Shown here: positions 47,061-55,639 of the stretch, piece by piece
How positions within the stretch are numbered: position 1 is the first letter of the stretch
How the letters are laid out: the number at the start of each line of letters is the position of its first letter
Assembly (NCBI GenBank): GCA_029565685.1
Contig: JAKQNR010000011.1
Coordinates: forward strand, 81,962 to 145,961
Direction: 5' to 3'
Length of the DNA: 64,000 nucleotides
Source: a bacterium
GTDB taxonomy: Bacteria > Zhuqueibacterota > Zhuqueibacteria > Residuimicrobiales > Residuimicrobiaceae
Translations under genes and position numbers: made by a program
The notes under the pieces: model-generated
Database searches by the model: none
Seen by the model: the letters and a program-made list of their open reading frames with translations, nothing else
Told to the model about the DNA's origin: nothing

Positions 47061-48014
47061 ATGCCGCTCTATCTGGCTTTGATCGCGATCTTTCTGTCGG
47101 TATTTCTTTTAATCGTTATTCTGCTGCGACTGCTGCATCAACGTTACGCCCCTACCGCCCGGCGGCTGCGCGACATGGAGCAGGTGACTGCGGACGCAGC
47201 TCAGGACTTGATCGCCCAGGCGGCGACAAAAAAGTCGAAATTGCCGCCTGGACTGGAAAAGGCGCTGGTGAACCTGGGGCGGATGGGCGGCGCCGAGTCG
47301 CCTAAAAATCAGAGCAAGACCACGGCTATGCTGCTCGAAGCCGGCATTCACCACGAGTACGGCCCGGCGCTGTTTGCCGGCATCCGTCTGAGTTTTGCCT
47401 TTTTGCTGGTCACCTTATACTATGTGTTCGTGGCCAGGCTGGTCTATCCTCCCTCCATGTCCGCGCTGTTGGCCTTGATCTTGGCGCTGGTCGGACTCAG
47501 CCTGCCTAACATGGTGCTGCGCTATATCACCGCGCAAAGACGGCAGGAGATCGGCGAAAGCCTGTCCGACGCGTTGGATCTGCTGGTCATTTGCATGGAA
47601 GCGGGACTGGGCCTCAACGCCGCGCTTTTGCGGGTCGCTCAGGAGCTGGGCATGCGCTCGCCGGTGCTGAGCAGGGAACTGCTGCTGGTCACCCAGGAGA
47701 TGCGCACCGGCCTCTCCCGGGAGGTGGCCTTGCGCAACCTGTGCGTGCGCAATAAAGTCGAGAACCTGCGCATTTTGGTCGGCGCATTGGTCCTGGCGGA
47801 TAAATTGGGCACCAGTCTGGCGGACACGCTGCGCGCACAGGCGGATTCGCTGCGCACCCGGCTGCGGCAATCGGCAGAGGAGCAGGCGGCTAAGGCGGGG
47901 ATCAAAATGCTGATCCCCCTGGTGCTGTTCATTTTTCCGGCACTGTTCATCGTCGTCCTCGGACCGGGTTTTATCAGTATCTTGAAAAATTTTTCCGGCC
48001 TTACCGGACAATGA
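47061..48014 (+). CDS. tadC: TadC (T2SS GspF-like inner-membrane platform protein)
   Basis: A start at ATG 47061 removes the out-of-frame overlap with tadB. The GspF-family motif LDLLVICMEAGLGLNAAL is present. Confidence 0.75.
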   Translation: MPLYLALIAIFLSVFLLIVILLRLLHQRYAPTARRLRDMEQVTADAAQDLIAQAATKKSKLPPGLEKALVNLGRMGGAESPKNQSKTTAMLLEAGIHHEYGPALFAGIRLSFAFLLVTLYYVFVARLVYPPSMSALLALILALVGLSLPNMVLRYITAQRRQEIGESLSDALDLLVICMEAGLGLNAALLRVAQELGMRSPVLSRELLLVTQEMRTGLSREVALRNLCVRNKVENLRILVGALVLADKLGTSLADTLRAQADSLRTRLRQSAEEQAAKAGIKMLIPLVLFIFPALFIVVLGPGFISILKNFSGLTGQ

Positions 48015-48036
48015 GATCCCCAAAGGAGAATTTCTG

Positions 48037-48426
48037 ATGACAAAACGGCGTCTTTTGATCTATGCGCTCTCCTGTGCGGCCTGGGTGTTGGCCTGTGCAC
48101 CGGCGTTGCATCGCTATCACATGCCAAGCACCGTGCCGCAGCTGGTCCTGATCGAGGACCAGGTTTATGACCTGCAAGAGATGCCGGACGAGACCAGCGG
48201 CCTGATCGAGCTGCATCTGCGCAACGGCAAAAAGGTCAGCGGCAGATTCATCTCCTGCGACCGGGAGCGCATTTCTCTAAGCCCTGGATTCACCTATGCA
48301 GCCCCTGCAGGCGCTCGCGCACAGATGAACGTGAATACGACCTCGCCGGACGCCGGCAAAGTGATGACCATCGATCGCCGGCAGAGTGTGGACAAGGACG
48401 ATGTCCTGTTGGTTAAAATGTGGTGA
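48037..48426 (+). CDS. Hypothetical lipoprotein (tad-locus accessory?)
   Basis: A signal peptide with lipobox LAC is present. No other motif was found. Confidence 0.35.
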   Translation: MTKRRLLIYALSCAAWVLACAPALHRYHMPSTVPQLVLIEDQVYDLQEMPDETSGLIELHLRNGKKVSGRFISCDRERISLSPGFTYAAPAGARAQMNVNTTSPDAGKVMTIDRRQSVDKDDVLLVKMW

Positions 48427-48429
48427 TCC

Positions 48430-49407
48430 ATGCCGGTCGTTAACCGTTCCACCGGCGCTCGTCTGCCGCATACTGTTTATTGCGCCGAAAACTGGTCTCA
48501 GCGTATTCTCGGCCTGCTTTCGCTCCAACGGATTTTTTCACCCAAGGCGATCCTGATTCAGCGCTGCAACGGCATTCATACGTTCACCATGGATCAGCCC
48601 ATCGGCGCAGCCTTTCTTCGTCAGGATGGTCGCGTGCTGCGATTAGAGCCTTCGATACCCCCACGCCGGATGATCCCTTATGTCGCAGGTTGCCGTTCTG
48701 TTCTGGAATGGCCTGCGGACAGCGCTGTGAATGGATTGCTTCGAGTCGGCGACCAATTGGAAGTGAAAGCCGACGCTCCGTTTCCGCAAACGGTCTCCGC
48801 CTGGCCGCGATTCTTTCACAGCATCACCAATTTCTGCCTGGCCTTTCTGTGGCTGGGATTTGTCATAACCACGTTCAGCAAATGGCTGGACCAGCAGTCG
48901 TTCAAGGCCTTGGGTCTTTTTCTCTACAATACGCTCCTGGTTTATCTTTTTTTAGCCAGGCGTCCCTCGACCGTCATCTCGCACCGCTGGTATGATTGGC
49001 TGGCAGCCGCAGGCACAGTCCTGATTTCTATTGCACTGCGGCCGAGTCCTCTTATGAATCCGCTGCTGCAGACCGTCTCTCTGATCGGCCAGACTGCAGG
49101 AATCGCAGCCATCCTCATCGCCCTTGCCAGCCTGGGCAAAAGCTTTGGCATTGTGCCGGCTAACCGGCAGATCAAGAGCAACGGCGTTTATCGCTGGGTG
49201 CGCCATCCCCTCTATGCGGCCGAGCTGCTGTTTCTCGCCGCCTTTCTCCTCGGCAATCCCTCTTTGAGCAATTTGATCAAGGGAGCGTTGATCACCTTTG
49301 GGCAGGTCGTACGCGCTCTGGCGGAAGAAAATTTGCTGAAGCAGGATCCAGCCTATCGCTCCTACCTGGAAAAGGTGCGTTATCGTTTTATCCCTCATGT
49401 TCTCTGA
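48430..49407 (+). CDS. Fusion of a DUF192 domain with an isoprenylcysteine-carboxyl/phospholipid methyltransferase-like membrane domain
   Basis: The N-terminal ~115 aa are DUF192-like (GLLS...IHTFTMDQPIGAAFL...LE). The C-terminus has 4-5 TM helices with the ICMT/PEMT signature NGVYRWVRHPLYAAELLF. Confidence 0.55.
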   Translation: MPVVNRSTGARLPHTVYCAENWSQRILGLLSLQRIFSPKAILIQRCNGIHTFTMDQPIGAAFLRQDGRVLRLEPSIPPRRMIPYVAGCRSVLEWPADSAVNGLLRVGDQLEVKADAPFPQTVSAWPRFFHSITNFCLAFLWLGFVITTFSKWLDQQSFKALGLFLYNTLLVYLFLARRPSTVISHRWYDWLAAAGTVLISIALRPSPLMNPLLQTVSLIGQTAGIAAILIALASLGKSFGIVPANRQIKSNGVYRWVRHPLYAAELLFLAAFLLGNPSLSNLIKGALITFGQVVRALAEENLLKQDPAYRSYLEKVRYRFIPHVL

Positions 49408-49909
49408 CCGTATGATCCCATCTTCCCGTTCCATCCTTCGAGGCTTGCCGAGTATCGCTTACAGCCCGTGCCGCTCAGTATTCCACCCTGTCCGCCTGTT
49501 TTCAGTGCGCATGGAATCGGTCGCCGGTTTGATGATTGCGGTAAAAAATGGCTGCAAGCATAGGGGGCTTTCCGCCCGGTTGCTGAAACCTGATTCAGTG
49601 CAATGAATCGGCAATGCGTCGTCCCCGGTTTGCGCTGTCGGCCGACGGTGCAGGCGTTGGTGAATTTCATGCCGTGGCGGCACAGGCGGTCGATGTGCGG
49701 GGTTTCGTAGAAAGCGCTGCCATAACAGCCCGGATCGGTTCAGCCGAAGTCGTCCACCAAAATAAGGACCAGGCGGCCGGTCTGCGGGCCTTCGCGCTCC
49801 ACAGCGGAACTCCACTGCAAGCGGCCAGACCGGCGGCAGCGGCTGCAAGGAATGATCGGCGATTCATAGTCCTTCTGAGGGCTTGGCGTGGCGTCGAGGA
49901 GTCTTAGTT

Positions 49910-51469
49910 TCAGGTTTTGAACCGTTTGACGTCAATGTCATATTTTTCGATTTTATAGCCGATGATGCGTTCGGTGGTGTTCAGCAGGCGGGCGGCGCGG
50001 GCGCGGTTGCCGCGGCTGGATTTGAGCGCATCCTGGATCAACTCTTTCTCATAAGAGGCCACCAGCTCTTCCAGCGACATGCGCGCGTGCGTGCCGCTGC
50101 TGTCCGCGGTCTGCAGCGTGGGAGGGAGATGGTAGCTGTGTAAAACCTGGTCCTCGCAGACCAGCACGCTGCTCTCGATGCAGTTCTCCAGTTCGCGGAC
50201 GTTGCCGGGCCAGTGGTACTGCTCCAGCATATCGATGGCAGGCGTGGAGATGCGTTTGATGTTTTTCTGATGCTTTCTGCCGTATTTCACCATAAAGTGG
50301 TCGGCCAGCAGCAGAATGTCCGACTTGCGCTCCCGTAACGGCGGCAAAAAAATGGAAAAAACATTGAGGCGATAGTACAGATCTTCGCGAAACTGACCGA
50401 TCTCCATTCGCTTTTCCAGGTCGGCGTTGGTGGCGGCGATGATGCGCACATCCACGTGGATGGTCTGCACGCCGCCGACGCGTTCAAATTCCTGTTCCTG
50501 CAGCACGCGCAACAGCTTGACCTGGGTCATCAGGCTCAGATCGCCGATCTCGTCCAGAAAGATAGTGCCGCCGTCCGCTAGTTCAAAGCGGCCTTTTTTC
50601 GCCGCCACGGCGCCGGTGAAAGCTCCTTTTTCATAGCCGAAAAATTCCGATTCGATGAGGTTCTCGGGAATCGCCGCGCAATTGACGCGGATGAACGGCT
50701 TGTCGCTGCGCAGCGAGTTGTAATGGATCGCCTGGGCGATGAGCTCTTTGCCGGTGCCGCTCTCGCCGCGGATCAGCACCGTGGTGTTGGCGCGGGCCAC
50801 CTGAGTGACCTTTTCATACACCTCGCGCATCTCGTTGCTGTTGCCGATGATGTTGTGAAAGCTGTGCTCCTGCTGCAGTTTGGTTTTCAGCATCACGTTC
50901 TCATCGATCAGCGACTGACGTTCGCGCTCGATGGCCTGGCGCAGCCGGATCGGCTGCAACAGCGCCGAGGCCACCAGGGTGAGGAATTTCAGGCTGCTGT
51001 CGTAATCGCGGCGCGGCTGATAGGGCAGGTTGACGCTGAGAACGCCTAGGGTGGTGTAATCGAGAACGATCGGCACGCCGATGAAAGATTGCTCTTTTTC
51101 CACATCGCCGTCCCAGGATCTCATGCGGTTGAGGAACAGGGGTTCTTTGCTGACTTGGGAGACGATGATAGGTTTGCCGGTGACGGCGATGCGGCCGGTC
51201 AATCCTTCACCCATTTTATACTTGGTGCGGTTGGGGAGATCGCCATAGCCGATGCTGGCGGCGGTTTCCAGCGTCTGGCGGTCCTCGTCGATGAGAAAAA
51301 CGGCGCCGGAGAGAATGTGATGAGACTTTTCGAGAATTTGCAGCGTAACGCGCAACGCCTCGGTCAACTCGGCGCTGCGGCTCACCGCCTGATTGATCTC
51401 GATAAGGATGCTCAGCTGCCGGTCCGGGCTGGAGCCGGCAGGACTCTTTTTTCCCGCACTAGTGTTCAT
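49910..51469 (-). CDS. Sigma-54-dependent transcriptional activator with N-terminal GAF domain (NifA/Fis family)
   Basis: The AAA+ sigma-54 interaction domain has [19 protein letters not shown] and [15 protein letters not shown] (GAFTGA). The C-terminal Fis-type HTH is [22 protein letters not shown]. The N-terminal ~170 aa are GAF-like. Confidence 0.9.
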   Translation of the reverse strand: MNTSAGKKSPAGSSPDRQLSILIEINQAVSRSAELTEALRVTLQILEKSHHILSGAVFLIDEDRQTLETAASIGYGDLPNRTKYKMGEGLTGRIAVTGKPIIVSQVSKEPLFLNRMRSWDGDVEKEQSFIGVPIVLDYTTLGVLSVNLPYQPRRDYDSSLKFLTLVASALLQPIRLRQAIERERQSLIDENVMLKTKLQQEHSFHNIIGNSNEMREVYEKVTQVARANTTVLIRGESGTGKELIAQAIHYNSLRSDKPFIRVNCAAIPENLIESEFFGYEKGAFTGAVAAKKGRFELADGGTIFLDEIGDLSLMTQVKLLRVLQEQEFERVGGVQTIHVDVRIIAATNADLEKRMEIGQFREDLYYRLNVFSIFLPPLRERKSDILLLADHFMVKYGRKHQKNIKRISTPAIDMLEQYHWPGNVRELENCIESSVLVCEDQVLHSYHLPPTLQTADSSGTHARMSLEELVASYEKELIQDALKSSRGNRARAARLLNTTERIIGYKIEKYDIDVKRFKT

Positions 51470-51560
51470 TAGTTTGCCTGGAGTCAGGTTACAAAAAGGG
51501 ATTTTTGTTTTTATTAATATACAAAAATGTGGTTATTTTCAAACCGCTTTTTTTTGACTC

Positions 51561-51810
51561 TCAGCGTCGGCCTGCGCTACGCGTTTTTATAAACGCAGCC
51601 GACTCCTGCATGGCTGCGGTCGCTTTGGGAAAGAGCGGCGCGCAGACCGGGCAACAGTGAAACATCCCTTCACCGATGCGCCATCCAACCGACACTCCCA
51701 CTGCTTGCGCCTTGTGTGCAAAACGGACCGAATCATCGCGCAACAGCTCGTCGCCGCCGGCAAAAATCAGCAAGGGCGGCAGCCCCTTGAGGTCGCCATA
51801 AAGCGGCGAT
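51561..51810 (-). pseudogene. Remnant (C-terminal ~83 codons) of an HSL/Aes-family alpha/beta-hydrolase esterase
   Basis: The minus-strand frame reads ...SPLYGDLKGLPP(L)LIFAGGDELLRDDSVRFAHKAQAVGVSV...GEGMFHCC. This is the classic C-terminal region of Aes-type esterases. In-frame stop codons lie immediately upstream of SPLY. No esterase-like upstream sequence is evident in other frames. Confidence 0.45.
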
Positions 51811-52198
51811 TATTATTTTGCACGTCGCTGGATGCTTCCCTTCTGTTATTCCCGCAACCCCGCATGCCAACCATCCCGCTGCCGTTGCAGAGGGCGAGGA
51901 ATCTATCGTCGCACAGAACCAGAGTTTTTCGCATGTTCCGTTCTTCGCTAGATCCCTCGGCGCTTGGCTGATTCTGTAAACAGGTTCAGCCATGCACTGG
52001 TTTCGCGCCACGGGATGACGACATTATATTTTGTCATTGCGAAGACAGCAATCTCCTACGTCGTCAGTCGGGTCAAGGAAGGGTCGTTACCAGAGGAGAG
52101 CAGCGGCAACCATCAGGACCGGGAGGGGTGCACGGCATTCAGCCTATACCGTCATTATTCTTGATCAATTCAATTGCTTGGTGTTCACGCCTGTGTGG

Positions 52199-53209
52199 TC
52201 ACCGGGCTATGGGGGTTAGGTACTCTTTATGGCGTCGGCGGTAGAATTGCACGGTCTGTTCCACTCCGTCGGCCAGATCAACCTGCGGCTGCCAGCCGGT
52301 ATCTTTTATCATACGCCGGCAGGTGACAACGAATTTGCGGATGTCAATGCTCTCCCGTTCCGGCGGAAATGGGACGTGAATATAGCTGCCCTGTCCCACG
52401 GCCTTGAGGACCTGTTCCACCATGTCCAGGAATTTCGTTTCCACGCCGGTGCCGATCATATAGATATTTCCATTGGCCGCAGGGTTCACCGCTGCGGCTA
52501 AAAACGCCCGCACCACATCGTCGACATGAATGTAATCCCGCGTCTGCAGGCCGTCGCCGTACACCGTGATCGGTTTGTTCTCCATGGCGTTGCGGATGAA
52601 CCAGTTGAGAATGCCGTAAAAGCAGTGCCGCATCTGACAGCGCGGTCCATAAACATTGTTGAGCCGCAGAGAGACGGCGTCAAAGCCGTATACTTTGCCG
52701 TAGAGCAGCAGATATTTCTCCGCCGCCAGCTTGTTGATGCCATAGATGTCCGTGGGCAGAGTGGGATGGTCCTCATCCACCGGCAGATAGATCGGTTCGC
52801 CGATCTGACCGCGGCTGCCGGCATAGATCACTTTGACGTCGCGATTGTTTTTTTCAATAGCCCGGCACAGATTCAGCGTGCCGGTGCAGTTGATGTCTGT
52901 GTCCAGCTGCGGATCGCTCATGGAAATTTCCCGGCCCACCTGCGCCGCCATATGAAAAATGATCTCCTGCTGTTTGACCAGGGGCGCCAGTTTTTCGTAA
53001 TCGCGGACATCCCCGCGAATGACCTCCACCTCCCCGGCGATCTCGGCGATATTGGCGTCGTTCCATCCATAGGGATCCAGACAGGCGTCATAGATCGTCA
53101 CCCTTGCGCCCAAGGCGACCAATTGCTGAGCGATGTTGCTGCCGATAAAACCCAGCCCGCCGGTGATCAGGGCTTTCTTACCTTTAAGCTCTGTGAGAGG
53201 CACTTTCAT
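52199..53209 (-). CDS. NAD-dependent sugar-nucleotide epimerase/dehydratase (extended SDR)
   Basis: The Rossmann motif is ITGGLGFIGSN. The catalytic YxxxK is YGINKLAAEKY. Confidence 0.8.
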   Translation of the reverse strand: MKVPLTELKGKKALITGGLGFIGSNIAQQLVALGARVTIYDACLDPYGWNDANIAEIAGEVEVIRGDVRDYEKLAPLVKQQEIIFHMAAQVGREISMSDPQLDTDINCTGTLNLCRAIEKNNRDVKVIYAGSRGQIGEPIYLPVDEDHPTLPTDIYGINKLAAEKYLLLYGKVYGFDAVSLRLNNVYGPRCQMRHCFYGILNWFIRNAMENKPITVYGDGLQTRDYIHVDDVVRAFLAAAVNPAANGNIYMIGTGVETKFLDMVEQVLKAVGQGSYIHVPFPPERESIDIRKFVVTCRRMIKDTGWQPQVDLADGVEQTVQFYRRRHKEYLTPIAR

Positions 53210-54264
53210 TTTTTAACTATTCCTTCCATAATCCGCACGAGTTGGAGGCCCAGCTGTTCGATGGTGCAGTTTTGTTGAAAAGTTGAATAAGCGTTCCGGC
53301 CGATTTTGGTCGCCAGCTCCGAATCCGCCGCCAGTCTGAGGATCGCGTCGGCGAGGGCTTTGGGATTGGCCCGTTCGATAAGCAGAGCGCTGTGCTCATG
53401 CCGGAGCAGCTCCTGGACCGGTTCGTTGCGCGCCGTGATCAGCGGTTTGGCCATGGCCATGGCTTCCACCACTTTGTTGGTGGTGACCCGAAGAACCCGG
53501 TCGTTATCGCCGAATATGCCCAGGCACACATCGGCCTCAGCCATGAGATCGGCTAGTTTTTCATAGGCCACTGGATCGTAAAAGGTCACGTTGGTCAATC
53601 CCAATTCCCGAGCCAGTTTCTGATCCGCATCGTAAGTGATGCCGCGGCCGATGATCTGAAAGCGAATCGGCTCGTTTTCCAACAGTTTGGCCGCCTTTAA
53701 TATATACGGGATGCCGTGAAACGGTGCGTACTCGCCATGGAAATGGACGAGAAATTCATCCGTGCGCTTGCACTGGGGTCTGGGGTGGATCACCTCATCG
53801 TCCACCGCCAAAAAGATCCGCGACAGTTTCTGGCCGTCGACCCTGAACACGTTGCAAAAAAAGTCGATATGGCTCTGCGTCTCCAGCACCGAATGGTCGG
53901 CCGCCAAGTAGGACAACCAGTCGCTCAGACCATACAGTCGCGCTTTCCAGGAACCGGGCTGAGCTTTGGCCCGGTCAAAGACCATGGTGTCGTAGGTGGT
54001 GATGTACATGTCGAAGAGGATGGGCTTGCGGGTGAGCAAGCGGATGATGGGCAGCAACAGTTGTCCGTAAAAACCCACCAGCACCAGATCACAGGAGGGC
54101 GCGGCTTTCAGCGTCCGCCACAGCAACTTGGGATAGTGTTTGAACGAGCGATCCGGCGGAAAGCACCCGGTCACCTGCACGCCCTGGCGCTGCAACGCCT
54201 TGAGTACAATCCGGGTTCGCGAATAGCCGGCTTCACGACCGGCGACATATAAAATTTTCAACAT
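53206..54264 (-). CDS. Glycosyltransferase family 4 (GT-B, RfaG-like)
   Basis: The C-terminal GT1/GT4 domain has an EX7E-like region (VVEAMAMAKPLITARNEP...). Confidence 0.7.
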   Translation of the reverse strand: MLKILYVAGREAGYSRTRIVLKALQRQGVQVTGCFPPDRSFKHYPKLLWRTLKAAPSCDLVLVGFYGQLLLPIIRLLTRKPILFDMYITTYDTMVFDRAKAQPGSWKARLYGLSDWLSYLAADHSVLETQSHIDFFCNVFRVDGQKLSRIFLAVDDEVIHPRPQCKRTDEFLVHFHGEYAPFHGIPYILKAAKLLENEPIRFQIIGRGITYDADQKLARELGLTNVTFYDPVAYEKLADLMAEADVCLGIFGDNDRVLRVTTNKVVEAMAMAKPLITARNEPVQELLRHEHSALLIERANPKALADAILRLAADSELATKIGRNAYSTFQQNCTIEQLGLQLVRIMEGIVKK

Positions 54265-54409
54265 AATGTCGATTCCATCGATTCCACTGCCTGGCGACGG
54301 CCGTATGGAGCGGCGTCTGCGTCGGCGTTATCGAGGGTTCTCTTGACCATCCTCGAAGAAATTATGACTCTAAAATACGAAAAATCATTTACGAAGGCAA
54401 GGGCAACGT

Positions 54410-55423
54410 TCAGGTGGCGTGCGCCGCTTCCGCCATGGCGGCGATATTTTGCGGCGGCACGTTGGGCAACACGGCTTCGTGGCTGGGGCTGACGATCCAG
54501 GAAGGACCAAGGATATCCCGCAAGCGGAACACCTCATCGCGGATTTGCTGCGGCGCGGCATGGATCAACAGATCCTGGGTGTCGATGCCGCCGATGAAAG
54601 CGATTTTTCCCTTGAAATGCGCGGCCAGGTTTTCCGCCTCCATGTGCTTGGCTTTGGCTTGCAGGGGATGCAGCGCTTCGGCGCCCAGTTCGATGATGCG
54701 GGGAATGACGCTAAAGACGGACCCGCACGAATGCAACATGACCTGATATCCATGGGCATGGGCCTGATCCGCGAGTTCTTTAAAATAGGGAAAGACGAAT
54801 GCATCAAACTGCTGCGGACTGATCAGCAATCCCAACTGGCTGCCGAAATCGTTGCCGAAGAAAAAGGCGTCTACCAGGTCGCCCGCCTGGGCATAGAAGC
54901 GACGGTTGCCTTGCAGATAGAAATCCACCACCTTGCGGGTGACGGCGTGTACCACCTGCGGATGGGTGTGCATTTTGATGAAATAATTTTCCATGCCGAA
55001 AAAGTCCGCCACGTCATGAAAAAAAGGGCACCAAAAGCCGCTGGCTCGATAGACGTCGCCGCGGTTGCGCAACAGCTCCAGAGTCTCGGAAAAGTCCAGA
55101 TAACAGGGATCAGGCCAGTCGAAATCCTCCACCTCCTGGACGTCCTCGCAATCGGCAAAAGCGCCGGCAGCGGCCAGCGCGTTGCTGCGACGCTTTTTGT
55201 CGAAGATGGGCTTGCCCTCCGGATGCTTGTAGGAATTATGACTGGGGTGAATCCAGGCTAGATCGTCTCCCAGTTTTTGCTGCAGGGCCGGGAGGGACTG
55301 GACGCCGAAATAGGCGTAATAGATGGGCAGGGTATCCGGGTGCGGATTGCCGAGCCAGAACCCGCAGCGGGGTACGGGCTTTTGCGCGATCAGGTCTTGG
55401 ATCAGGGCGCGGGAGGTCATCAC
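54410..55423 (-). CDS. Uroporphyrinogen-decarboxylase (URO-D) family protein
   Basis: The blocks FFFGNDFGSQLGLLISPQQF and HSCGSVFSVIPRIIELGAEALHPLQ match URO-D/MtaA-like TIM-barrel proteins. Confidence 0.55.
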   Translation of the reverse strand: MMTSRALIQDLIAQKPVPRCGFWLGNPHPDTLPIYYAYFGVQSLPALQQKLGDDLAWIHPSHNSYKHPEGKPIFDKKRRSNALAAAGAFADCEDVQEVEDFDWPDPCYLDFSETLELLRNRGDVYRASGFWCPFFHDVADFFGMENYFIKMHTHPQVVHAVTRKVVDFYLQGNRRFYAQAGDLVDAFFFGNDFGSQLGLLISPQQFDAFVFPYFKELADQAHAHGYQVMLHSCGSVFSVIPRIIELGAEALHPLQAKAKHMEAENLAAHFKGKIAFIGGIDTQDLLIHAAPQQIRDEVFRLRDILGPSWIVSPSHEAVLPNVPPQNIAAMAEAAHAT

Positions 55424-55639
55424 AAAAACTCCATTGTTTTTCTTGCAATATACGGTCTTTACAGTAAAAGTTCAACTTTCTTTTCCGCCCCGGCGCCGGT
55501 CGTCTTGCAAGCCTGCAGCGGAGCGTCGCGAAGAAAAATGACGATTCATTCACCTGCGGGGTGCGAAAAATTCTTTTGTCTTTTACCATAAATCGTTTAT
55601 ATTAAGCATTCAAGCCGATCGATCCGTGGAGGAATGTGT

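Noticed and set aside
51480-51600. Inverted repeat GTCGGCCTGCGC...GCGCAGCCGAC as a terminator
   Set aside because: The T-run precedes rather than follows the hairpin on the plus strand, and on the minus strand there is no U-tract after it. It is more likely a regulatory palindrome in the activator promoter region.
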